Positions 47,705-55,966 of a stretch of DNA of 60,978 bases are shown here, one piece after another. A program made the translations under genes and the position numbers. The notes beneath the pieces were generated by a model. It was not told the origin of the DNA and did no database searches. It saw only the letters and a program-made list of their open reading frames with translations. Every line of letters begins with the position of its first letter. Positions within the stretch are counted from its first letter, which is position 1. Source of the stretch: a virus. Taxonomy: Duplodnaviria > Caudoviricetes. The stretch is from positions 1-60,978 of IMG/VR virus record IMGVR_UViG_3300037422_000333. One strand, written 5' to 3'.

Positions 47705-49339
47705 ATGGCCGTTTCGTTCGCCGGCGTCCCGCTCCTGCTGGAAGATCAGGGGGGCGAAGTCGCCCGGTTTCTGGAACAGTGGCTGCCAGCTCAGGATGCC
47801 AGTTGGTTTTGCCCGACGATCGCGCAGGCCAACCCGCTGGCCGAATGGCTTCCGCAACCAAACTACCCGCCGCTGCCGTCGCCACGCATCAACACGCTGG
47901 TCATGCCCACGGGGGCGACCCGCTGGTCATGCTATCTCGCTCTCGTGGACGAATCCCGGCTGGCCCAGATTCGGTCCGCCCTCTCCGCGAACCTGAATTC
48001 AGCCGCCGGAAAAAATGCGATGGCCGATCTTGTTCTGCAAACCGTCTTCGTGGATTCGGAAGGCAACGAACGGGTCGATACGTCGTCCGCCCTGCCTCAC
48101 GTCCACGAACTACGAATGCCGATGCACGCTCTGCCAGCCCGCAAGATTAGTTTCGTCAGCGGCAATCAAGCTCTCTGGCTGTTGCCGCTGGTGGATGATC
48201 GGTACTGGTGGCAACAGGTCACGATTGAGGCCCAGACATTCACGAAAAACACGATCTACTACCTGATTCAGAAAATCGAATCACTGTTCAAAACGTGGTT
48301 CGGGTCGAGCAAGCTGCCGCTGGGCGATTTGCTATACGACGGCAAGCCCGCGGCATCTCTACTTTCTGGGGTCGAAGACACGGACTGGATTCAGGTGATC
48401 CTGCCGCCCGAACAGCCGGTCAACGCGGCTCAGTTGCTCGATTCGATGCTGATGTCTCGCGGCTACCGATTGATTCCCCGGAGCAATCTGGCCACGTCGC
48501 CTCCGTTCAAATTCAAAGACTACGACTGTCAGCCGATCGCTCCGGGCTTGAAGGGTGGCAACAACCTGCTGTTTTTCAACCCGCTCAAGTGGGTCCAAAA
48601 CAGCTATTCCAAGCTGGCGGAGAAGGCTAACGGCGGCGGAACATTCTTTCACGAAGTACCGCCGCCAAACACCATCTCGGTTTTCTTCCCGAAGTGGATC
48701 AACGGCCTGATTCACCAAGGGGCCGCGGCTCCAAACCAAGCCCCGGTTCTCTACAAGAAAACCTATGTCAGTTCGACGGGGGCCGACTACCCGAAACACA
48801 TCTACAGCACGGCCGTTGCCTGTGTGGGCGGCGCGACGGACAATACGGCCCTCATCGACTCGCTGGCGGATGCCATCGCCAAAGCCTACTTCGACGCGGC
48901 CTCGTACCACTACGATCTGACGTTCCCAGCCATCGCGGCGTGGCAGCCCACGCCGCTCGATAACTGTCTCATCATGTCGATGGACCGCATTCCCGGCGAA
49001 GGCGGCTACCGCTGGTTTACGCGAGTTCAGTCGCTGCCGCCGAATCACGGACCGGAAAAGATTCTGCAATTCGCGAAGGGCGTCCCCCGGTTCGGCGAAC
49101 GAATCTACGGCACGCTTCAGGGAGCATTGGCTCCGCTCGGCACGGCCACGCTCCGCGTCGAAAAGGCTGACGGGCCGCGTAACGTCATCGGCATGCCGAC
49201 GTTCGACACGACGAACTATAGCGAGACTTACAGGGACATCACGGTTACGGAAGCGCACGGGTGGTCCGTTGCTGCCGGGAAAAAGGCGATGGCGGAACAA
49301 GTGGGCCACGAGTGGATCGTAGTTGCCACGGCATGTTGA
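47705..49339 (+). CDS. putative tail tip/hub protein
   Basis: 544 aa late in the tail module; ends WIVVATAC. Confidence 0.55.
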   Translation: MAVSFAGVPLLLEDQGGEVARFLEQWLPAQDASWFCPTIAQANPLAEWLPQPNYPPLPSPRINTLVMPTGATRWSCYLALVDESRLAQIRSALSANLNSAAGKNAMADLVLQTVFVDSEGNERVDTSSALPHVHELRMPMHALPARKISFVSGNQALWLLPLVDDRYWWQQVTIEAQTFTKNTIYYLIQKIESLFKTWFGSSKLPLGDLLYDGKPAASLLSGVEDTDWIQVILPPEQPVNAAQLLDSMLMSRGYRLIPRSNLATSPPFKFKDYDCQPIAPGLKGGNNLLFFNPLKWVQNSYSKLAEKANGGGTFFHEVPPPNTISVFFPKWINGLIHQGAAAPNQAPVLYKKTYVSSTGADYPKHIYSTAVACVGGATDNTALIDSLADAIAKAYFDAASYHYDLTFPAIAAWQPTPLDNCLIMSMDRIPGEGGYRWFTRVQSLPPNHGPEKILQFAKGVPRFGERIYGTLQGALAPLGTATLRVEKADGPRNVIGMPTFDTTNYSETYRDITVTEAHGWSVAAGKKAMAEQVGHEWIVVATAC

Positions 49340-49363
49340 ACAGACTTGACCGGAGAATGGTCG

Positions 49364-49954
49364 ATGGGACCTTGTTGCATTTGTGTCTGCGTGAACGATG
49401 CCAAGGAGTATTCCTTCGTGTTGCAGGGACTGGCTAACGTAGACGTATGGCTCGGATGGGGGACGATGCCGGCCACCAATCGGGTAGATCGGACTACCTT
49501 TAACGGCTGCGGTTTTGATGCCAACGGAACATGGATCGTGGCACACAGCGGCACCCAAAGTTTCGACTTTATCCAATGCGTCGATGTCGATTGTGCCCCA
49601 ACAGCGGAATGCAATCCAGGTACTTGTCCGCCGCCTCCATTTCTGACTTGGAATACCAGTGGAGGATGGATACTGAGGTGCTATAACGCCGAGACGGATA
49701 CGCTCGTGATGAGAGGAGACGGCAAGACGGGAGAACAGCCAGACCAGCCGCCGTTTCCGTTCACTCCCAAGGTGACATTGAGATTGGTTCGCGGGGCCTT
49801 GCATTGTCCTAATGGTTCCGTGGCAACTGCCAATGAAGTGATCCTGACTTATTTTTTCGAAAGCTGGATATCAGGCGGACAGAATGCGGGCATAAAGTAC
49901 TGGGAGTATCCCAATCTTAATGCCCCGTCTGACTTGGTGCTTTCCCCTGTCTGA
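49364..49954 (+). CDS. Cys-rich putative tail tip / receptor-binding protein
   Basis: MGPCCICVC start; visibly lower GC than its neighbours. Confidence 0.5.
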   Translation: MGPCCICVCVNDAKEYSFVLQGLANVDVWLGWGTMPATNRVDRTTFNGCGFDANGTWIVAHSGTQSFDFIQCVDVDCAPTAECNPGTCPPPPFLTWNTSGGWILRCYNAETDTLVMRGDGKTGEQPDQPPFPFTPKVTLRLVRGALHCPNGSVATANEVILTYFFESWISGGQNAGIKYWEYPNLNAPSDLVLSPV

Positions 49955-49963
49955 AGTGAAAAA

Positions 49964-50335
49964 ATGAATTGCAACTGGAAACGCATCGAGCCACGGATCT
50001 ATAGATGTACTCGATGCGGCACTCAGATTGTTTTTGTGTTTGAGCCGGTGCTTCCGATACACAAGGAGTGCGGAAGAGACAGCTCAAGTTGTCATCATCG
50101 CGACAATCTACTTCGTCTTCAGGATTGTCCCACGTGCTCCGGCACCGTGCGACTAAAGGTCTTCGCGTGCAACCTGCACGGAGAATGTACGGTCGCGAAG
50201 TCGATTGGAATGGCTTGCTGTGCGACGTGCCAAGACTTCCAGCCGCGAACGGCTGATCCGGTCAGTTCCACCTTGACTCAGGATTCTCGTCCTCCGAATC
50301 ACTCTCGAAGTGACGGCCCACCCGATACTCCTTGA
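49964..50335 (+). CDS. Cys-rich hypothetical protein
   Basis: CTRC, CPTC, CNLHGEC, CCATC. Confidence 0.6.
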   Translation: MNCNWKRIEPRIYRCTRCGTQIVFVFEPVLPIHKECGRDSSSCHHRDNLLRLQDCPTCSGTVRLKVFACNLHGECTVAKSIGMACCATCQDFQPRTADPVSSTLTQDSRPPNHSRSDGPPDTP

Positions 50336-50609
50336 TGGTGGCCTTCAAGACTCGCTCGAAAATTTCCAAAAACTCCGGGCCACCGATCCCGCCTTTGCTG
50401 CGACTCAAGGCCACCAGCTTGATCCACACGCGATGCTGGGGCGGAATATTGTTCCAGCACTTGCGGCAGACGTGTACTTCCAGTTGCGATCCGCTCGTGG
50501 AATCAACGACGTGATCGCTCAGGGAGATTCCGTTCGCGCTGTCGATTACACGCGAACAACACCAGCACTGGTAGGGCGAATCGCCAGCGTTGCACCAAAA
50601 AGAAAGCAT
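50262..50609 (-). CDS. small Zn-binding hypothetical protein
   Basis: CWCC...CRKCW; convergent with the tail operon. Confidence 0.5.
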   Translation of the reverse strand: MLSFWCNAGDSPYQCWCCSRVIDSANGISLSDHVVDSTSGSQLEVHVCRKCWNNIPPQHRVWIKLVALSRSKGGIGGPEFLEIFERVLKATIKEYRVGRHFESDSEDENPESRWN

Positions 50610-50812
50610 GGAATCGTCGCTCCGTCGGTCATCAATCCATTGCGATGAAACTTCGGTCGGCCCCTAGATTTTGTGGCTTGAAATCGGTCGTTTCGTGTGG
50701 CATTCTGTCACCACTCACCCAAGGGGCAGTTCGCCCTGGCACCCGGTCGCCGCACCGTGATTCGCGGCCCTTCTCGGCAATTCTTGTCCGACAATTCCGA
50801 AGGGAACTGGTC

Positions 50813-51268
50813 ATGCCGATCACCCCATCGTGCGAGTCTGCGCTTTCATCTTCTGCGTCTTGTCCGTTGTCCGTTGATGGCTGCTATTCGTTTCTCTATC
50901 CGGCCCGCAACGTAATTGGTTGTACCTCGGATTTGGAGCGTCGGTTCATCTGTATCACTTCGATTCGAGACGTGAATGCCCGTCCGCTCGACCCGCTGAC
51001 CTTGGAATTGTCGCCGAATCGCGATCGCAGCCGGTTTCTCGTCATCGGCCAGACTCCCGAGCACCGCGAACGGTCGTTCTACCTCCACGCCATGCGAAAC
51101 CTGCGTCCCATCTCCCGCGAACTTTTCGATTCGTTCCGTACAACATTCGTCATCGCCGACAACAACCGCATCGTGGGTCGCTTCACTTCGATCCGTCGCG
51201 CCCGATGGTTTCAGCGACTGTGGAACTCCACGACCTCGCGACTCCTGTGCGTGTTACCAAAAAAGTGA
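50813..51268 (+). CDS. WYL-like domain protein (stand-alone)
   Basis: FLYP...ERRFI...RFLVIG...RERSFYLHAMRNL; AAGGGA SD; upstream TTGAAA-17-CATTCT at 50678. Confidence 0.5.
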   Translation: MPITPSCESALSSSASCPLSVDGCYSFLYPARNVIGCTSDLERRFICITSIRDVNARPLDPLTLELSPNRDRSRFLVIGQTPEHRERSFYLHAMRNLRPISRELFDSFRTTFVIADNNRIVGRFTSIRRARWFQRLWNSTTSRLLCVLPKK

Positions 51269-51467
51269 CCAAAACCGACAGAAAACCAGTCGCCAGTGAT
51301 TGGGCGACACTCAAGTCCGCACGCATTTTTCTGTCATTTTGTCTTCAGTCATACCCGATCAGCACTCCATGAAGGATTAAAAGTCCGTTGCTCTACCAGC
51401 TGAGCTACAGCCTCGATGCTATGATTTTCTTGATTTCTTGGCGGGCGTGTTACCAGACTTGTTACCA
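51252..51467. repeat. candidate integrase arm-type sites
   Basis: TGTTACCA at 51252, 51448 and 51460, on both sides of the tRNA fragment. Confidence 0.55.
51374..51414 (-). other. attP core: 5' half of tRNA-Lys(UUU)
   Basis: Minus strand GAGGCTG-TA-GCTCAGCTGGTAGAGC-A-ACGGA-CTTTTAA-TCC, then tRNA similarity stops; 4 nt after the integrase stop codon. Confidence 0.85.
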
Positions 51468-52570
51468 AACTGCTGCCACAGTCGGGATGCGGTTTGCTGG
51501 GCGTTGCGGCCGACGTAGTAGCGGAGGGTGGTTTCGACGCTTTCGTGGCGCATGAGGTCCATCAATTCCTGGGGCATGACTCGCAAGGCCCAGCGTTCAC
51601 CGAAGCTGCGACGGAGATCGTGGGCGGAAGCGTACTTGGTTCCGTGGCGGGTGTCCACGATGATTCCGGCGGCCCGCCCGATGGCACAGACGGTGCGGCT
51701 GACCCAGTATTTTCCGGACGGGTGCCGGCCCTGACGATCCCTGCGTTTGGGGAGCGGGAAGACGACCCCGCGACGTTGATCGATCGGAGTTTCGTCGAGA
51801 AAGCAGGCGAAGTCGGGGACGATGGGCATCAGGCGGTTGGTGTTTCCCTTTTCGTGTTCGCTGGGAATCCAGAGCAGCGGAAACTTGCCGCTGGCGTCGA
51901 TGCACAGGCGATCGCGACGGTCCCAGTAAAGGTTGAGGGACTCTTCGAGTCGCAGACCGGAGAGCCAGAGGCCGCGGAGATAGCGTTGCCAGGCGGCGAC
52001 GTGGGCGGCGGGAACGATGCGCGACACGGCCGCGAGCATTTTTTGAAATTCGGCGTCGGTGATCGGTCGGCCCTTCATCACCTTTTGGTGTTTGGCCCGC
52101 CTGATTCGTGGAAAGGCGGGACAGTCGGCAAGGTAGTGCATGGAGACGGCCCAGTTGAGGGCGGCCTTGAGCATCTTGAGTTCGCTGGCGATCGTGGCTT
52201 CGGCCAGTCCGTGCTGACGAAACAGCGATTGCAGACGGCTGACGTAGGAAGGCGTGAATTCGGACAGCCAGCGGGGCAGCGCGAGCGAGTTGATCCGATC
52301 AGCGATGACGAACCAGCGTTGTCGCGTGTTGGTCGCGAGCCCGGCGAGAGCTTCGGCTTCGTACAGTTCGCAGAAGTCGTCCCACGACAGCCGGTCGGCC
52401 GGCGTGCGGCCATTGTTGAGTTCGGCTTCCCAAACGCCAGCGGCCCGCTCGGCATCACGACGGACACGAGTGCGCGCGGAACGGCAGCGCGTGCGGCCGG
52501 TCGCGGAGTCCCGAGCACGAAGCATCAAGGCACTGCGGTTGTAATCGACGACGTAGACTTTGAACATCAC
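51419..52570 (-). CDS. int: tyrosine recombinase / phage integrase
   Basis: SGLRLEE, EHEKG, SAHDLRRSFG, LMRHESVETTLRYY. Confidence 0.95.
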   Translation of the reverse strand: MMFKVYVVDYNRSALMLRARDSATGRTRCRSARTRVRRDAERAAGVWEAELNNGRTPADRLSWDDFCELYEAEALAGLATNTRQRWFVIADRINSLALPRWLSEFTPSYVSRLQSLFRQHGLAEATIASELKMLKAALNWAVSMHYLADCPAFPRIRRAKHQKVMKGRPITDAEFQKMLAAVSRIVPAAHVAAWQRYLRGLWLSGLRLEESLNLYWDRRDRLCIDASGKFPLLWIPSEHEKGNTNRLMPIVPDFACFLDETPIDQRRGVVFPLPKRRDRQGRHPSGKYWVSRTVCAIGRAAGIIVDTRHGTKYASAHDLRRSFGERWALRVMPQELMDLMRHESVETTLRYYVGRNAQQTASRLWQQFGNKSGNTPAKKSRKS

Positions 52571-53349
52571 TTCTCGTTTGCAAGCTGTGCTTCAATCTGC
52601 TTGATGGCAGCATCGGCCGTTTCGCGGACTTCGGCGACCTTATCGCCGCGTGCCAAGCGAAGTTGATCGATCGCGGATCTTGCTTCCCTGCCGTACTCAC
52701 CGAGAGACTTCGCTGCGGCCACTCGATTCTCTGCCGATGTGTCGGCACGCAGGACGGTTGCCACGGCTTTGACACCCTTGGCGTGGTCCTCGACTTCCAT
52801 TTTCGGCAGTCGAATGACTGCGGTTGCCCGAACGTATTCGCGACGGTGTTGCGTCGTTCGCAGCAATAAGTCGTAGACGTCTTTGTCGGCCGGGCATGTT
52901 GCTGAAAGCGCAACGACACAAGCGACATATTCACCATAGCCGTCATTGGATTTGAGCAAGCGAGCAAGAAGAACCGGCTTTGCATCGTGCGCCTGCGGCC
53001 CCATCTGTTCGATGCGTTGAATGTAATCAATGCGGACTTTCTCGGCACCGTCGGTGCAAGCGGGCACGACAAGTTTGGCCAATTCGGGATTGACCCTCTC
53101 CAATGCCTCGGCGGCTGCGAGACGAAGCTGCTCGTTGCGATGCGTGGCCAGCGTGTTGCAGAGGGTGTAGGACGCCTCCTTGGCCTTGGGGCCAATCTCC
53201 TGAATCTTCCTGATGGCTTCCAGCTTCTCTTTGGTTGACGGCTTCTGCTTGATGTCAGCCACGAGCTTGGCCAACTCTTTGTCTTCGATCTTTGGTGGAT
53301 CGTCTGCGGCAACCGAAAGAACAGCGAGAACGAAAAGAACATATTGCAT
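52567..53349 (-). CDS. exported HEAT-repeat protein
   Basis: Signal peptide MQYVLFVLAVLSVAA; LRLAAAEAL, ENRVAAAKSLG, EVRETADAAI; overlaps the int start. Confidence 0.82.
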   Translation of the reverse strand: MQYVLFVLAVLSVAADDPPKIEDKELAKLVADIKQKPSTKEKLEAIRKIQEIGPKAKEASYTLCNTLATHRNEQLRLAAAEALERVNPELAKLVVPACTDGAEKVRIDYIQRIEQMGPQAHDAKPVLLARLLKSNDGYGEYVACVVALSATCPADKDVYDLLLRTTQHRREYVRATAVIRLPKMEVEDHAKGVKAVATVLRADTSAENRVAAAKSLGEYGREARSAIDQLRLARGDKVAEVRETADAAIKQIEAQLANEK

Positions 53350-53376
53350 GATGCACCTTGCTTTCCATTCTTTGAT

Positions 53377-53627
53377 TTATCGTTGTGTTGCGGAATCTTG
53401 CTCGGCACGAAGGAATCGCTCGGCGAAAAACAGGACGAGGATTGCGGTTAGCCAAAGTCCGGTGTTCCATCCGGCCCGCACAAACAAGAATCCGAGATAG
53501 AACGCTGCTGCAAACGTGTCGCCAACTTCTTGCCGGAGAATGCTTCGGCCTCTTCCGATGTCAGCGAGAATGTCGTCTTGCACTGCGGGCAGCGAACGCT
53601 TGTAGCGACGAACTGCTTGCCAGCCAT
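53377..53627 (-). pseudogene. Zn-ribbon + two-TM membrane protein, interrupted by a frameshift
   Basis: Frame 1 MAGKQ...RCPQCK...KKLA; frame 2 TFAAAFYLGFLFV...LTAILVLFF; removing one AC from ACAC (plus-strand GTGT 53516-53519) joins them. Confidence 0.5.
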
Positions 53628-53635
53628 GCTGTGCC

Positions 53636-53956
53636 TCACTTTCCTTTCTTGTGTTTCTTGGTTTGAGACTGTTCCTCGCGATGCCGGGCGAGCACGGCCT
53701 GCTCCGTATCGAACTGCTGGCGCTGGGCGCGGATGTTCGTCGCGTCGAACAGTTGCGATTCCGCGTCGTGACGAAGCCTTTGTGCCCAACGCCACAATCC
53801 CGGAAGCAGATGATTCTTCATCTTTCCAGTTTGGAGAAGCAGAGTTGGCACATCGTGTTGCCGCATTGCGCCAACAACACCTCTTGCAATTTCCAGACTC
53901 CTTTCTGCCGTGTCGAGCAGCTGCTCGATGTCATTTGCTGATTGCTCGATCTTCAT
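53636..53956 (-). CDS. hypothetical protein, first gene of the leftward (lysogeny) operon
   Basis: 106-aa helical ORF with a basic C-terminus. Confidence 0.6.
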   Translation of the reverse strand: MKIEQSANDIEQLLDTAERSLEIARGVVGAMRQHDVPTLLLQTGKMKNHLLPGLWRWAQRLRHDAESQLFDATNIRAQRQQFDTEQAVLARHREEQSQTKKHKKGK

Positions 53957-53959
53957 TCG

Positions 53960-54170
53960 ATGTTCTTTCGCGTGCGAATTGAATGCTAATCGTGGATTGC
54001 AAGTCACGAAAGAGTTGCGACTTATGGTTTTTGAAAATAATTAGTTATTTTTTAGTTGCAAGTTGTGCCTCTATTTGGTTACCATGCGGCCCCGTTGAAC
54101 AACACCAATTAAATGCTGAATCACACATCAATCGAGCATTGAAGCAGACGGCAAGGCATTTCACGAGAGA
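53960..54170. promoter_or_regulatory. AT-rich divergent control region
   Basis: Between divergent operons; TTGCAA-18-TACCAT (54056-54085); TTGCAAGT twice; AAAATAA-TTAG-TTATTTT palindrome. Confidence 0.6.
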
Positions 54171-54175
54171 ACCGG

Positions 54176-54520
54176 ATGAACACGACAATGGGCACGACGA
54201 CTCACGGAAAGCGAAGAAAGGCCCGGTCCCAAAACGGAAAGGGCCGGTCGGCGGGTCACGCCAGCCAACTGCGAACCAACGGCAGCGGTCGAGTCGTCCG
54301 CACGGTCGAGATGCCACCGACGGGGAGCGTGCGGGCGGACGAAGTGCTGACCAAGGCGGAACTGCTGCGGCGGCTGCGGATCGGGCTGGCGGCGTTTCGG
54401 ACCATGCGGGCCGAAGGGTTGCGGGTCAGTCGAGTTGGAAAGTTCGTCTACGTCACCGGGGCGGACCTGGTGGAGTTCATGCAAGGGCAGGGAAGCAAGA
54501 AGAAGGCGGCCAAAGCTTAG
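54176..54520 (+). CDS. excisionase/Cox-like HTH protein
   Basis: VLTKAELLRRLRIG...GLRVSRVGKFVYVTGADLVEF. Confidence 0.75.
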   Translation: MNTTMGTTTHGKRRKARSQNGKGRSAGHASQLRTNGSGRVVRTVEMPPTGSVRADEVLTKAELLRRLRIGLAAFRTMRAEGLRVSRVGKFVYVTGADLVEFMQGQGSKKKAAKA

Positions 54521-54545
54521 AAACAGATGTCAGGGGGCGCGGACC

Positions 54546-55103
54546 ATGAGAGTTGAAAATCGAACGAAATGGCGGACAGGCCACTTGCGGGCTTTCGTGG
54601 CGCGGGTCGCGGAGAGCGAGTTGGATGCCGAACATCGAAAGCGGCTGCTCATTCGGTTCATGACTGCGCGAAAGTATTTGAGCGGTTACGCCCACATTCG
54701 CGGATCATACGTGCTGATCCGACTGCCGCCGAACGTCACGGAAAAGAAGCCGAGATTCTGCCAGATTCTCGCTCATGAATTCGCCCACATTCGCGGTGCC
54801 AAGGGCGAGCGATGGATGCGGTCGAAAGAAGATTGCCGCATCGGGCATGGAGATCCGTTCGTGATGTATTCGTGGGCGAACGATCTGCCACTCGAACGGC
54901 AACCGAAAGCGAAGAGCGTGAAGCCTGGCGATGATGCGAAGCTCGCGGCCACCGAGACGGCGATCAAGAAGTGGGAATCGAAGCTGAAGCGATGCCAAAC
55001 GGCCCTGCGGAAGTACCGCAGGCAACAGAAGTATTACCAGTCCAAAATGCACGCCGCGGCATGTTCGGCGAACGAAGCAAGGTCCTTGGGGCCGACCTGC
55101 TAA
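54546..55103 (+). CDS. HExxH zinc metallopeptidase-like protein with basic coiled-coil tail
   Basis: ILAHEFAHIRG; GGGGG SD. Confidence 0.65.
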   Translation: MRVENRTKWRTGHLRAFVARVAESELDAEHRKRLLIRFMTARKYLSGYAHIRGSYVLIRLPPNVTEKKPRFCQILAHEFAHIRGAKGERWMRSKEDCRIGHGDPFVMYSWANDLPLERQPKAKSVKPGDDAKLAATETAIKKWESKLKRCQTALRKYRRQQKYYQSKMHAAACSANEARSLGPTC

Positions 55104-55113
55104 AGCCCCCTCA

Positions 55114-55368
55114 ACGGTGCGAGGGATACCGTGGCAGCCGGGAGAGACCGGCAACGCCTGATGCGGCGAATACGATGCGGCCGGAATTAAAAACCAAAGG
55201 CACCGGCGGTCGGCGTAGCAGAGCTTGCGGGTGCAATCCCCCAATCAGGCAATCTGGCGGCTTGTGGTCGCCAGAGGCAAGAAAGATTCCGGTTCGGAGT
55301 CGGCCTTGCGATTTCAGACAGCCCCGGCGGATCGGAGAGCGGTCCGCCGGGGAATCATCACGGAGATG
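55114..55368 (+). ncRNA. putative structured RNA (hairpin array with GGA loops and a tRNA-like domain)
   Basis: Stems at 55114-55132, 55137-55152, 55156-55250, 55253-55275, 55277-55309, 55322-55352 and 55356-55368. Confidence 0.5.
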
Positions 55369-55469
55369 GCCAATGAAGACGCGCCAGCGATTGCCGATCG
55401 CCGAACGACAGCGGCGAATCAGCGAAGGCTTGCGGCTGTCATGGGCCAGACGAAAGGCAGGGAGGTCGC

Positions 55470-55685
55470 ATGTTGGTACTCAGCCGAAAGAAAGACGAAG
55501 GGATCGTGATTACCGTGCCGCCGTCGGATCAGCCGACGAGGATCCGGGTGCTGCAGGCTGAGATTCGCGGCGACAAGTCGCGAATCGGGATCGCAGCCCC
55601 TCCGGAAGTGGCGATCCATCGGGATGAAGTTCAGCAGGCGATTGAATCCGAGCAGTTGCGAGTTCTCGCGGAGAAAGCGGCATGA
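55470..55685 (+). CDS. csrA: carbon storage regulator CsrA homolog
   Basis: MLVLSRKKDEGIVI...RIGIAAPPEVAIHRDEV; GGGAGGT SD. Confidence 0.93.
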   Translation: MLVLSRKKDEGIVITVPPSDQPTRIRVLQAEIRGDKSRIGIAAPPEVAIHRDEVQQAIESEQLRVLAEKAA

Positions 55686-55966
55686 CCACGGTCAATCGAA
55701 CAGTCACCAGAGAGTCGGCGGCCCACTGCTACAGCCGCGGCAAGTCCCGGCCGGTGGTCGTGGAAATTCAGCCGCCGGGGCGGCTGATCGGATTCCGGCT
55801 GAAGGGGGAACGGAAGACGTTCTACCTGGCCGTGTCGGACTGCTACTCGCTGGCTGTGCGAACACACGTCGAGGCGGAGAAGGAGCGGCGAAAGGCGGAG
55901 CGGAAAGCCAGGCAGAAAGCCAAAACCACAGGGGGCAACCATGTCAACGGACGTGATGGAACTTGA
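55682..55966 (+). CDS. hypothetical protein
   Basis: ATGA overlap; LIGFRLKGERKTFYL. Confidence 0.65.
   Translation: MTTVNRTVTRESAAHCYSRGKSRPVVVEIQPPGRLIGFRLKGERKTFYLAVSDCYSLAVRTHVEAEKERRKAERKARQKAKTTGGNHVNGRDGT

Noticed and set aside
51374-51414. Intact tRNA-Lys gene
   Set aside because: No T arm or 3' acceptor strand; treated as the attP fragment.
55373-55561. Small basic ORF MKTRQRLPIAERQRRISEGL...
   Set aside because: It has an SD-like ACGGAG but overlaps csrA by 92 nt; too uncertain to call.
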